From an uncultured bacterium (GTDB lineage: Bacteria; Caldisericota; Caldisericia; B22-G15), in contig CBFDTJ010000026.1 in assembly GCA_965612865.1 (NCBI GenBank), forward strand, positions 1 through 18,186: a DNA stretch of 18,186 nt, read 5' to 3'. This document shows, in pieces, positions 7,843 to 17,211 of the stretch (positions are counted from its first letter, which is position 1; every line of letters starts with the position of its first letter). Position numbers and translations under genes: made by a program. A model generated the notes under the pieces. The model ran no database searches. It was given only the letters and a program-made list of their open reading frames with translations, and was not told the origin of the DNA.

Positions 7843-9414
7843 TTGAAGCCAAAGAGAAGGAATACACTTCATTCTCAGGGGGGTAAAAAAATAGAATTAC
7901 TGGAGATGAAAAATATCTATAAAAAGTTTCCTGGAGTCATAGCCAATGACAATGTAAACCTTGATGTAGAAGGTGGAGAGATACACGCACTTCTTGGGGA
8001 GAATGGGGCTGGTAAGACAACTTTGATGAACATCCTCTATGGAATTTATCAGCCTGATAGGGGAGAAATTTATATAAACGGAAAGAAGGTAACCATAAGA
8101 TCCCCAAGAGATGCAATAGAACTTGGAATAGGTATGGTCCATCAACATTTTATGCTTATTCCAACTCATACAGTGGCAGAAAACATATCCCTGGGGTTTA
8201 AAGAAGCTCCTTTCTTCTATCCCACAAGAGTTATTGAGGAAAGAATATGTGATTTTACAGATAGGTATGGACTTAAAATAAATCCAAGAGCAAAAATATT
8301 GCAGCTTTCTGCTGGAGAACAGCAGAGGGTAGAGATTATAAAGACTCTCTTCAGAGGTGCAAGCCTGCTTATCCTTGATGAGCCGACTTCTGTTCTTACT
8401 CCTCAGGAGACAGAGGAGCTTTTCTCAATACTCAAAAGACTGGTGGAGGAAAAACATTCTGTAATCTTCATTACCCACAAACTTGAGGAGGTTATGGAGA
8501 TAAGTGACAGAGTTACAGTTTTAAGAAAGGGAAAGGTTATTGCCACAGTAAAAACAAAGGATACCAGCAAGAAAGAGCTTGCAAGAATGATGGTTGGAAG
8601 AGAGGTTATTTTTCAGCTTGAGAGGAAAAAAATAGAAAAGGGTGAGGAGGTTCTTAAAGTTAAAGATCTCTTTGTAGAAAACGACAGGGGTCTTATGGCT
8701 GTTAAGGGAGTTTCCTTTAACGTTCATAAAAATGAAATTTTTGGAATTGCTGGAGTTGCTGGAAACGGTCAGAGAGAGCTGGTGGAAGCAATAACAGGAT
8801 TGAGAAGAGTAAAGAGTGGGAAAGCGGAAATTCTGAATGTTGATGTTACAAACTCTTCTCCAAAAAGAATTGGAGATATAGGCGTTGCACATATCCCTGA
8901 AGAGAGAATTAGATTTGGAATAGTTCCCAATTTATCTGTATACGAAAATGCAGTTCTACGAGACTATTACCATGAACCATTCTCAAAGGGTTCATTCCTT
9001 AATTATCCCTATATAAAAGAACACACTAAAAAGCTTGTAAGGGAGTTCTCCATTGATACTCCCTCCATAGAAACTCCAGTGAAACTTCTATCAGGTGGAA
9101 ATATACAGAAGTTAATTCTTGCGAGGGAAATCTCTACAAAGTCAAATCTGATAATTGCTGCTCACCCCACCTATGGACTTGATGTTGCAGCAACAGAGTA
9201 TATAAGAAAACTGCTTTTAAAAAAGCGAGAGGAGGGTGCAGCTATTCTTCTTGTCTCGGAGGATTTAGAAGAGATATTTGAACTGAGTGACAGGATTGCA
9301 GTAATGTTTGAGGGGAAGTTTATGGGTATCGCTCCAAGAGAGAAGACAAGTCTTCAGGACATAGGTTTAATGATGGCAGGTTCGAAGACATTGGAGGAAA
9401 AGGATGAAGATTAA
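7843..9414 (+). CDS. CUT2/nucleoside-type ABC transporter ATP-binding protein with two fused NBDs (start uncertain: TTG 7843, ATA 7891 or ATG 7906)
   Basis: Walker A GENGAGKTT, LSAGEQQR, ILDEPT and ITHKL. Second domain has degenerate GVAGNGQRE, LSGGNIQK and PTYGLD. Confidence 0.95.
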   Translation: MKPKRRNTLHSQGGKKIELLEMKNIYKKFPGVIANDNVNLDVEGGEIHALLGENGAGKTTLMNILYGIYQPDRGEIYINGKKVTIRSPRDAIELGIGMVHQHFMLIPTHTVAENISLGFKEAPFFYPTRVIEERICDFTDRYGLKINPRAKILQLSAGEQQRVEIIKTLFRGASLLILDEPTSVLTPQETEELFSILKRLVEEKHSVIFITHKLEEVMEISDRVTVLRKGKVIATVKTKDTSKKELARMMVGREVIFQLERKKIEKGEEVLKVKDLFVENDRGLMAVKGVSFNVHKNEIFGIAGVAGNGQRELVEAITGLRRVKSGKAEILNVDVTNSSPKRIGDIGVAHIPEERIRFGIVPNLSVYENAVLRDYYHEPFSKGSFLNYPYIKEHTKKLVREFSIDTPSIETPVKLLSGGNIQKLILAREISTKSNLIIAAHPTYGLDVAATEYIRKLLLKKREEGAAILLVSEDLEEIFELSDRIAVMFEGKFMGIAPREKTSLQDIGLMMAGSKTLEEKDED

Positions 9415-10471
9415 AGTAGAAAGAAGAGGTGAGATATCCCCCAAGAAAAGATTTGTATACCTTATTCTTTCTTTGATAATTGGTTTTCTCATTGGTGGTC
9501 TTATATTTCTGTTCAAAGGTATAAACCCCTTTTATGCTCTTCAAAAGATATTTGTGGGTTCCTTTGGAAGTATTTATGGATGGAAAGAGACAATAACAAA
9601 GGCAATTCCACTTATGCTCTGTGGTATAGGTCTTACCCTCGCTTTTAAAGGGAAATTCTGGAACATTGGAGCAGACGGTCAACTTTTGTTTGGTGCACTT
9701 CTTGCCACATGGATAGGGCTTTCACTTGGAAAGACATACCCTGCCTTTGTGGTTTTACCCCTCATGTTTGTTGGTGGATTTATATCAGGAGCTTTCTGGG
9801 GAATTATCCCGGCTATTATGAAGGTTAAACTGGGGATTAATGAAGTTATTACAACTCTCATGCTTAACTACATAGCTGAGCAATTTATACAGTATCTTGT
9901 TTATGGTCCATGGAAAGGAAAAACCCAGTATGGATTTCCGTACACAGACAACTTTTCAGCCTCAGCAACACTCCCTGTTATAAAAGGTACAAGGATTCAC
10001 TATCCAACACTTATTATAGGTATTATTCTTGCCATACTCATTTACATATTTATTATGAAAACAAAGACAGGATACGAAATCAGAGTTATAGGAGAGAATC
10101 CCGAGGCAGCAAAGTATGCCGGGATAAATTTTTTAAAAACAACTATAATAATGATGGCTATAAGCGGTGGAATTGCTGGACTCGCTGGTGTGGGAGAAGT
10201 TGCAGGGATCCATCATCATCTTACCACACCAACTCAGATATCTTCAGGCTATGGATATACAGCAATAATTGTAGCATGGCTTGCAAGGCTAAATCCTTTA
10301 GTGGTTATTCTTTCCTCTATATTTTTTGGTGGTATTCTTGTTGGAGGAGATACCATTCAAACATCCATGGGTCTTCCTTTTGCCACAATCAATATATTTA
10401 ACGGACTGATACTCATATCTGTTATATCCATCAATTTCTTCCTTGAGTATAAAATTTCAATTAAGAGGTGA
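9404..10471 (+). CDS. Nucleoside-type ABC transporter permease 1 (BPD_transp_2 family)
   Basis: Hydrophobic. Motifs WNIGADGQ, NEVITTLMLNY, GYEIRVIGENPEAAKYAGI and GYGYTAIIVAWLA. Overlaps the ATPase stop. Confidence 0.93.
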   Translation: MKIKVERRGEISPKKRFVYLILSLIIGFLIGGLIFLFKGINPFYALQKIFVGSFGSIYGWKETITKAIPLMLCGIGLTLAFKGKFWNIGADGQLLFGALLATWIGLSLGKTYPAFVVLPLMFVGGFISGAFWGIIPAIMKVKLGINEVITTLMLNYIAEQFIQYLVYGPWKGKTQYGFPYTDNFSASATLPVIKGTRIHYPTLIIGIILAILIYIFIMKTKTGYEIRVIGENPEAAKYAGINFLKTTIIMMAISGGIAGLAGVGEVAGIHHHLTTPTQISSGYGYTAIIVAWLARLNPLVVILSSIFFGGILVGGDTIQTSMGLPFATINIFNGLILISVISINFFLEYKISIKR

Positions 10472-10475
10472 GAAA

Positions 10476-11408
10476 ATGGGAGGATATGAATTTTTAATTA
10501 TATCTGTTCTAAAAAGGACCCTTGTCGCGGGAACTCCGCTTCTTCTTGGAACACTTGGAGAGATATATGCAGAGAGATCTGGAGTTTTAAATCTTGGTGT
10601 TGAGGGCTTAATGGCTATCGGTGCAGTTTCAGGTTTTGGAGTGGCACTTGTTACTGGAAACCCATGGCTTGGACTGCTTGCTGCTGCAGTATTCGGTGCA
10701 ATTCTTTCTCTGGTTCATGCCTTTGTAAGTGTTACATTAAAGTCAAATCAAATTATATCTGGACTTGCCCTCACCATGCTTGGTCTTGGTATAAGCGGAC
10801 TCTGGGGAAAGGCATATATAGGTATTCCATTAACTACAAAATTTGAGTCAGTAAAGATACCAATACTCTCAAAGATTCCTTATGTGGGGGAGATTCTGTT
10901 TCATCAGGATCCAATATTTTACATATCTGTCATAGCTGGAATTGTTATGTGGTTTATCCTTTTTAAAACAGAGGTGGGAATAAATATAAGGTCTGTGGGG
11001 GAGAATCCTCTTGCTGCAGATGCCATGGGAGTAAATGTTTATAAGACAAGGTATGTGTGTGTTATTATCGGCGGAGTGCTTGCAGGTGTTGCAGGAGCGC
11101 ACCTATCCCTTGCCTACATACCTTCGTGGATAGAGGGTATGACGGGAGGTAGAGGATGGATAGTGATAGCTCTCACAATATTTGCACTCTGGAATCCTTT
11201 GAGAGCTATGCTTGGAGCCTATCTATTTGGTGGAATTTATGTATTGCAATACCTCCTTCAACCTATAGGGATACCACCAAACATTCTTCTTATGTTCCCG
11301 TATCTTGCAACGCTTTTTGTCCTTCTCGTAAGCGCGCAGGAGACATTTAGGAAGAGAATGGGAGCTCCCAGGTCTCTGGGTGTTCCCTATGACAAAGAAG
11401 AGAAGTGA
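10476..11408 (+). CDS. Nucleoside-type ABC transporter permease 2
   Basis: TPLLLGTLGE..ERSGVLNLGVEG, IRSVGENP.AA..MGVNV, GRGWI and P..LG.PY motifs. Start reassigned to ATG 10476 (SD GAGGTG 10465-10470). Confidence 0.93.
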   Translation: MGGYEFLIISVLKRTLVAGTPLLLGTLGEIYAERSGVLNLGVEGLMAIGAVSGFGVALVTGNPWLGLLAAAVFGAILSLVHAFVSVTLKSNQIISGLALTMLGLGISGLWGKAYIGIPLTTKFESVKIPILSKIPYVGEILFHQDPIFYISVIAGIVMWFILFKTEVGINIRSVGENPLAADAMGVNVYKTRYVCVIIGGVLAGVAGAHLSLAYIPSWIEGMTGGRGWIVIALTIFALWNPLRAMLGAYLFGGIYVLQYLLQPIGIPPNILLMFPYLATLFVLLVSAQETFRKRMGAPRSLGVPYDKEEK

Positions 11409-11914
11409 AGTAGTTTGATGGAGGCGGCAGAGAATAAGTAAACAAAAATTCCCTTGACAAAATCAAGGGGTAGAAATGGCAAAGAGCCTATTAAAAATGC
11501 CTTTGATAGGCTAATTTTCAAATTAAAAGATAAATAAGTAATCCCCAGAAGATGAATTTCCAGTATGGCTAAGATGATTCCAAATATAAGAAGTTTTTTA
11601 TTTTTTCTGTTTAGGGAACCTATAACAACAGGGGCAATTAAAAATCCGAGAAGATAGCCACCTGTTGGGCCAAGGAGGGCAGACAGACCAGCCTGCCCTC
11701 CTGCAAATACAGGAAAACCAAGAATCCCTAAAATTTCATACATTAAAACTGATAGAAAACCAAAGTATGGCCCCAGCATAACTCCTGACAGGAGAACAAA
11801 GAACAGCTGAAGGGTTAGTGGAACAGGGGTAAAGGGAAAGGGGATGGAGATGTAGGAGCCAATTACTATAAGAATGGAGAAAAGTGAGGAGAAAACGAGA
11901 TTCCTTAACTTCAT
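11387..11914 (-). CDS. bioY: Biotin transporter BioY (ECF S-component)
   Basis: PVPLTLQ, G.PVFAGG..G, GPTGGYLLGF and PF..D..K motifs. About 6 TM segments. Lies directly downstream of a biotin-dependent decarboxylase. Confidence 0.92.
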   Translation of the reverse strand: MKLRNLVFSSLFSILIVIGSYISIPFPFTPVPLTLQLFFVLLSGVMLGPYFGFLSVLMYEILGILGFPVFAGGQAGLSALLGPTGGYLLGFLIAPVVIGSLNRKNKKLLIFGIILAILEIHLLGITYLSFNLKISLSKAFLIGSLPFLPLDFVKGIFVYLFSAASIKLLHFSSLS

Positions 11915-11917
11915 ATA

Positions 11918-13051
11918 TTAATGTCCAAGAAGGGTTATCATAACTCCAGCAACTACAGCAGTTCCTATAACTCCAGCAACATTAGGACCCATAGCGTGCA
12001 TTAAGAGGAAGTTTCCAGGGTTCTCCTCCTGTCCAACTCTCTGAGAAACTCTTGCAGCCATAGGTACTGCAGATACACCTGCTGAACCAATGAGAGGATT
12101 TACCTTTCCTCCAGTTACCCAGTAGAACACTTTTCCAAGCAGGACTCCTCCTGCTGTTCCTCCTATGAAGGCAACGAGTCCAAGAACTATAATTCCTATG
12201 GTTTTTGCAGTTAAGAACCTTTCGGCAGTCATTGTGGAGCCAACAGTGGTGGCAAGAAATATGGTTACGATGTTTATAAGTTCGTTTGCAGCAGTATTTT
12301 TCAGTCTTTCCACCACACCGCTCTCTCTAAACAGATTTCCAAGCATAAGCATTCCAATTATTGGTGCCACTGCAGGGAAGAGCAAACTTATAACTATGGT
12401 AACCACTATAGGGAAGAGTATCTTTTCTGTCTTTGAAACAGGTCTTAACTGTTCCATAACAACAGTTCTTTCCTTTTTGGTTGTAAATAGTCTCATGATA
12501 GGAGGTTGAATGAGGGGAACGAGGGACATATAAGTGTACGCAGCAACTGCTATAGGACCGAGAAGATGGGGGGCGAGTTTTACCGCAGTATAAATCGATG
12601 TTGGTCCATCTGCTCCTCCTATTATTCCAATGGATGCTGCTTCCATCATGTTGAAGCCAAGAAGTAATGCTATTATCAGGGCAATAAAAACTCCAATCTG
12701 TGCTGCTGCACCGAGAAGTATGGTCCATGGATTTGCAATAAGAGGTCCAAAGTCTGTCATGGCTCCAATCCCCATAAATATAAGTAGCGGGAATATTTCA
12801 GTTTCTATTCCAGCTTTGTAGAGATAATAGAACAGACCGCCTGGATGAATTCCATGAGGTTCAGAGATTAACCCTGCAAGGGGAAGATTTGCAAGTATAC
12901 AGCCAAACCCTATGGGCATAAGTAAAAGAGGCTCGAACTTTTTCGCTATTGCAAGATAGATAAGAAAAGCCCCAACTCCAATCATTATCAATTCTCCCCA
13001 GGTCAGGGAGAGAACTCCACTCATGGAGAGAAGGCTTCCTAATGAGCCCAT
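11918..13051 (-). CDS. mmdB: Na+-translocating decarboxylase beta subunit (OadB/MmdB/GcdB family)
   Basis: [58 protein letters not shown] and [12 protein letters not shown] motifs. Confidence 0.95.
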   Translation of the reverse strand: MGSLGSLLSMSGVLSLTWGELIMIGVGAFLIYLAIAKKFEPLLLMPIGFGCILANLPLAGLISEPHGIHPGGLFYYLYKAGIETEIFPLLIFMGIGAMTDFGPLIANPWTILLGAAAQIGVFIALIIALLLGFNMMEAASIGIIGGADGPTSIYTAVKLAPHLLGPIAVAAYTYMSLVPLIQPPIMRLFTTKKERTVVMEQLRPVSKTEKILFPIVVTIVISLLFPAVAPIIGMLMLGNLFRESGVVERLKNTAANELINIVTIFLATTVGSTMTAERFLTAKTIGIIVLGLVAFIGGTAGGVLLGKVFYWVTGGKVNPLIGSAGVSAVPMAARVSQRVGQEENPGNFLLMHAMGPNVAGVIGTAVVAGVMITLLGH

Positions 13052-13053
13052 TA

Positions 13054-13470
13054 TTAGCCTCCAATCTCTATTTCAACTAAAGGTTCTCCTGTTTCTACAT
13101 TCTGTCCAGTAGAAACATGAACGGCTTTAACAACTCCATCTTCTGCTGCAAATATTTCGTTTTCCATCTTCATGGCTTCAAGAACAAGGAGAATATCGCC
13201 TTTCTTTACTGCCTTTCCAGGAGATACATTGACGGTTAGTACCTTTCCCGGAAGTGGTGCAGATACAACAGTAACTCCTTCAGCTACCTTTACCTTTTTG
13301 GTTTCTTTCTTTACAGGCTGGGCTGGTGGGGGAGTGGAGACTGGAACAGTTGGAACTTCCCTTTTGACCTCCTTTACCTCTTTTACCTGGGGAGTCTTTG
13401 ACTCTCCTATTTCTTCAACAATAACTTCAAAAGTTTCTCCATCTACAGTTACTCTAAACTTTTTAGCCAT
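13054..13470 (-). CDS. mmdC: Biotin carboxyl carrier (gamma) subunit of Na+-translocating decarboxylase
   Basis: EAMKMENEI biotinylation motif, Pro-rich linker and N-terminal FRVTVDG. Start reassigned to ATG 13470 (SD AGGTGGA; overlaps upstream stop). Confidence 0.92.
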   Translation of the reverse strand: MAKKFRVTVDGETFEVIVEEIGESKTPQVKEVKEVKREVPTVPVSTPPPAQPVKKETKKVKVAEGVTVVSAPLPGKVLTVNVSPGKAVKKGDILLVLEAMKMENEIFAAEDGVVKAVHVSTGQNVETGEPLVEIEIGG

Positions 13471-13834
13471 TCTTCCACCTCTTTGTTTTAATTTTTGAAG
13501 ATACTTTTCTTCCAACTATCTCTTTCACTCTCCAGAAATTTAGACCTTCACCAGTGGGTCCTATAAATCTTGTCTTTACTTCTTCATAAGCTGAAAGTGC
13601 TGCAGCAATTGCAGCTATTTTTCTTAATTTACTTCTCTTATCCTCTTTCTCTTTCTTTGGAGCTAAAACAGGACCTGTCTGTTTAACTTCTTCCTTTCCC
13701 CCTTCCTTTTCTGGATGATAGAAGATTAATTTGAACATTACCAGCACGAAACCAAGAAAAGCAAGTACTCCAAATACTATTGCTACTGCTACAATTGTGA
13801 ATTTTAGACCTTCCCATATAGAAGTTATCTCCAT
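13463..13834 (-). CDS. mmdD: OadG/MmdD-family membrane anchor (delta) subunit
   Basis: Single N-terminal TM with IVF.VL..L, charged linker, IAAIAAAL motif and C-terminal W...GR. Lies between the alpha and gamma genes. SD AGGAGGA. Confidence 0.85.
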   Translation of the reverse strand: MEITSIWEGLKFTIVAVAIVFGVLAFLGFVLVMFKLIFYHPEKEGGKEEVKQTGPVLAPKKEKEDKRSKLRKIAAIAAALSAYEEVKTRFIGPTGEGLNFWRVKEIVGRKVSSKIKTKRWKNG

Positions 13835-13843
13835 CTTTTCCTC

Positions 13844-15391
13844 CTAAAGAGGCATATTTCCATGTTTTTTCTCTGGTAAGCTTTCGCTCTTACTTCTTAA
13901 GAAATCAAGTGCTTCTGCTATTTTCTTTCTTGTAAATTTTGGATCTATAACATCATCAATGTATCCTCTCTCAGCTGCCCTGTAAGGATTTGCGAACATA
14001 TCTCTAAACTCTTTAATCTTTTCCTTTCTCATCTCTTCGGGATTCTCTGCTGCCTTTATGTCTTTTCTGAAGATTATCTCAGCTGCTCCCTCTGCTCCCA
14101 TAACTGCAATCTCTGCTGTGGGATAGGCATAGACAACATCAGCACCAAGATGACGGGAACACATGGCAATGTATGCTCCTCCATAGGCTTTTCTTAAGAT
14201 AACTGTAATCTTTGGAACTGTGGCTTCTGAATAGGCATAGAGAAGTTTTGCTCCGTGTCTTATAACTCCTCCGTGTTCCTGATTTACTCCCGGGAGATAA
14301 CCAGGGGTATCTGTGAATGTAACAAGGGGAATGTTAAATGAATCACAGAATCTCACGAATCTTGCAGCTTTATCAGATGAATTTATATCAAGAACTCCTG
14401 CAAGATACTTTGCCTGATTTGCGACAATTCCAACGCTTCTTCCACCGATTCTTGCGAATCCAACAACAATGTTTGGAGCGTATAGAGCATGAACTTCAAG
14501 GAACTCTCCGTTGTCAACTACTCTTCTTATAATGTCCTTAACATCGTAAGATTTTGATGGATCTGTTGGAACTATATCTCTTAATTCATCATCTGCTCTA
14601 TCAATGGGATCGTCTGTTTCAACCATGGCCGGCTCCTGAAGGTAGTTATCTGGAATGTAAGATAGAAGTCTCTTTGTAATTTCTATGGCATCTTCATCAG
14701 TCTTTGCAAGGAAATGAGCATTACCACTTCTCTGGTTGTGGACAAGTCCACCACCAAGTCCTTCGTGACTTATCTCCTCTCCTGTCACTGCTTTGACAAC
14801 ATTTGGTCCTGTGATATACATTGTTGCCTTCTCTGTCATAATTATGAAATCCATAATTGCCGGGGAATAAACTGCTCCTCCAGCTGTAGGTCCCATATTG
14901 ATGGATATCTGTGGGATAACTCCGGATGCTCTTGTGTTTCTGAAGAATATTTCTCCGTACCCAAAGAGTGAGTCAACACCTTCCTGGATTCTTGCTCCAC
15001 CAGAGTCGTTCATACCAATAAATGGAATTCCAAGTTTCATTGCAAGGTCCTGCATCTTTACTATTTTCAATGCGTGCATTTCACCAAGAGATCCACCAAG
15101 TGTTGTAAAATCCTGAGCATAGAGAGCTACTCTTCTTCCATTGACAGTTGCCACACCTGTTATGATTCCATCTCTTGGAATAAACATTTTGTCAAGACCA
15201 AAGTAGGTGCTTCTTGTTTTTACAAATTCTCCAAACTCTGTGAAGGAGCCGGGATCAACGAGGAGTTCAATTCTTTCCCATGCAGTTAATTTTCCTTTCT
15301 TGTGCTGTTTCTCAACCTTTTCAGGGCCTCCACCCTCTTCTATTTTCTTCCGCTTCTCCTCCAGCTCTTTCAAAAGATCTTTACTTTCCAT
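13844..15391 (-). CDS. mmdA: Acyl-CoA carboxyltransferase; methylmalonyl-CoA decarboxylase alpha subunit-like
   Basis: GKLTA.ERI..L.DPGSF, GGSLGE, DSGGARIQEG, GGAVYSPA, KAARFVRFCD, QEHGG.IRHGAK, KAYGGAY and KKHGN.PL motifs. SD AGGAGGT. Confidence 0.92.
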   Translation of the reverse strand: MESKDLLKELEEKRKKIEEGGGPEKVEKQHKKGKLTAWERIELLVDPGSFTEFGEFVKTRSTYFGLDKMFIPRDGIITGVATVNGRRVALYAQDFTTLGGSLGEMHALKIVKMQDLAMKLGIPFIGMNDSGGARIQEGVDSLFGYGEIFFRNTRASGVIPQISINMGPTAGGAVYSPAIMDFIIMTEKATMYITGPNVVKAVTGEEISHEGLGGGLVHNQRSGNAHFLAKTDEDAIEITKRLLSYIPDNYLQEPAMVETDDPIDRADDELRDIVPTDPSKSYDVKDIIRRVVDNGEFLEVHALYAPNIVVGFARIGGRSVGIVANQAKYLAGVLDINSSDKAARFVRFCDSFNIPLVTFTDTPGYLPGVNQEHGGVIRHGAKLLYAYSEATVPKITVILRKAYGGAYIAMCSRHLGADVVYAYPTAEIAVMGAEGAAEIIFRKDIKAAENPEEMRKEKIKEFRDMFANPYRAAERGYIDDVIDPKFTRKKIAEALDFLRSKSESLPEKKHGNMPL

Positions 15392-15479
15392 AAAATACCT
15401 CCTATAAATTTAAAAAGGGCCTCTCGGTCTCTTTCTCTCTTTTTATATTTTTGTGTTTCGTTTCTCTCAATCCCACAAA

Positions 15480-15508
15480 ATTATATCAGAGTTTTCTTTC
15501 AAATGGAA
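15480..15508 (-). promoter_or_regulatory. Putative promoter of the mmd-bioY operon overlapping the gatA stop
   Basis: Minus strand TTCCAT-17 nt-TATAAT, with the gatA stop TGA supplying an extended -10 (TGaTATAAT). Confidence 0.55.
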
Positions 15509-16907
15509 TGCTTTTTTCCAAATCTAAAGCTACTCTGTATATTTTATTTTCTTCAAGATAATTTGAGACAATTTGCATTCCCACAGGCAATCCATTGTAA
15601 ACTCCAGTGGGGACATTTATACCTGGAATTCCTGATAGGTTAACAGGGACTGTCATAACATCGGCAAGGTACATCTTTAATGGATCCTCTATCCTTTCAC
15701 CAATCTTAAAGGGAAGGGTTGGAGATGTTGGGAAGAATAATACATCCACCTTTTTAAATGCCTCCTCAAAGTCGTTGGTTATTAGTCTTCTCACCTTTGA
15801 AGCTTTTAGATACCACTGCTCATAGTATCCTGATGAGAGAACGAATGTTCCAAGAAGAATCCTTCTCTTAACCTCTTTACCAAACCCAGCCTTTCTTGTC
15901 TCTGTGTACATTGTTTTGAGATTACCACTTTCAACTCTTAAACCATACCTTACACCATCATACCTTGCAAGGTTACTTGAAGCCTCTGCAAAGGCAACAA
16001 GATAGTAGACAGGTAGTGAGTTGTGTATATTTGGTAGAGAGACTTCAACTATCTTATGACCCATACTCTCGAGGGCTTTTAGAGATTCCTCCATATTCTT
16101 TACGATGACATCTTCTATACCAAATTTGTTTATTTCCTTTATAATGCCTATTTTTAACTTTCCACCAAAGGGCTGAATCTTATTGTAATTTATATCAAGA
16201 GATGTGGAATCCCTTTCATCGTATCCCTGAATGAGATTGAGAACATAAAAGGTGTCTTCCACTGTTTTTCCAAAAATACCAATTTGATCAAGGGAGGAGG
16301 CAAAGGCTACAAGGCCAAATCTTGATAAAAGTCCGTATGTTGGTTTCAGTCCTACAACTCCACAGAAGGAGGCGGGTTGTCTTACAGAACCTCCTGTGTC
16401 AGAGCCAAGAGCCACCAAAGCCATATCAGAAGCAATTACTGCAGCAGAACCGCCAGAAGAACCACCAGGGACCCTCTCAGTGTCCCATGGATTTTTCGTT
16501 ACTTTGAAGGCTGAGTTTTCAGTGGAAGAACCCATGGCAAATTCATCCATGTTTGTCTTTCCAATTATAATACCGCCATATTTTTTAATTTTCTCTATAA
16601 CGAAGGCATCATAGGGAGCAATAAAGTTTTCAAGAATTTTTGAACCGCAGGTATTGGGAAGATTTTTAACAAGGATGTTATCCTTTATTGCAAAGGGTAT
16701 TCCATAGAGTGGTAAATCTCTTTCCTCTTTCTCAAGTTCCTTTGCTCTTTTTTTAGCTTCATTCCAGTTGAAGGAGAGATATGCATCTATATTTCCCTCT
16801 TTTTCTTTAACCCTGTTTTTGTACTCATCAACTAATTCAAGAGGAGAAATTTTTCTTTCTCTTAGAAGTTTAAGGGTTTCAGTTAATGATAGTCTAAATG
16901 GTTTCAT
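15486..16907 (-). CDS. gatA: Asp/Glu-tRNA amidotransferase subunit A
   Basis: IKDN, GKTNMDEFAMGSSTENS, PGGSSGGS, GSDTGGSVRQPA, SSNLARYDGVRYG and EVKRRILLGTFVLSSGYY motifs. Confidence 0.96.
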   Translation of the reverse strand: MKPFRLSLTETLKLLRERKISPLELVDEYKNRVKEKEGNIDAYLSFNWNEAKKRAKELEKEERDLPLYGIPFAIKDNILVKNLPNTCGSKILENFIAPYDAFVIEKIKKYGGIIIGKTNMDEFAMGSSTENSAFKVTKNPWDTERVPGGSSGGSAAVIASDMALVALGSDTGGSVRQPASFCGVVGLKPTYGLLSRFGLVAFASSLDQIGIFGKTVEDTFYVLNLIQGYDERDSTSLDINYNKIQPFGGKLKIGIIKEINKFGIEDVIVKNMEESLKALESMGHKIVEVSLPNIHNSLPVYYLVAFAEASSNLARYDGVRYGLRVESGNLKTMYTETRKAGFGKEVKRRILLGTFVLSSGYYEQWYLKASKVRRLITNDFEEAFKKVDVLFFPTSPTLPFKIGERIEDPLKMYLADVMTVPVNLSGIPGINVPTGVYNGLPVGMQIVSNYLEENKIYRVALDLEKSIPFERKL

Positions 16908-17202
16908 CTTTCTTCTCTATAATCTTTGGAACTTTTACAAACTCTTTTTCAAAGAATGGAGAAATCTTTTCTAAAACTTCCCTATCAAACCACTTTTTAG
17001 ATTCATCTTTTCTTAAGGAAAGTTTTTGTAATGGAGGATGAAACATGGGTTCCACATTGCTCGTATCTATTTCGTTTATTGACTTAAAGTGGGAGAGAAC
17101 CTGGTTTAACTGAGGAATTAACTCCTCTTTTTCTTCTTCTGATAGAGATAGTCTTGAAAGGTTCAATATTTTATTGACAGTCTTTTTGTCTATAATTCTC
17201 AT
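16894..17202 (-). CDS. gatC: Asp/Glu-tRNA amidotransferase subunit C
   Basis: 102 aa with LSRL.L..EE, I.EIDT.NVEP, LR.D and F.KVPKII motifs. Overlaps the gatA start. Confidence 0.92.
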   Translation of the reverse strand: MRIIDKKTVNKILNLSRLSLSEEEKEELIPQLNQVLSHFKSINEIDTSNVEPMFHPPLQKLSLRKDESKKWFDREVLEKISPFFEKEFVKVPKIIEKKDETI

Positions 17203-17211
17203 ACAAAATTC

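Noticed and set aside
13360..13390. Short 9-nt quasi-tandem repeat (VKEVKEVK) in the biotin carrier gene
   Set aside because: Ordinary low-complexity linker of biotin carrier proteins.
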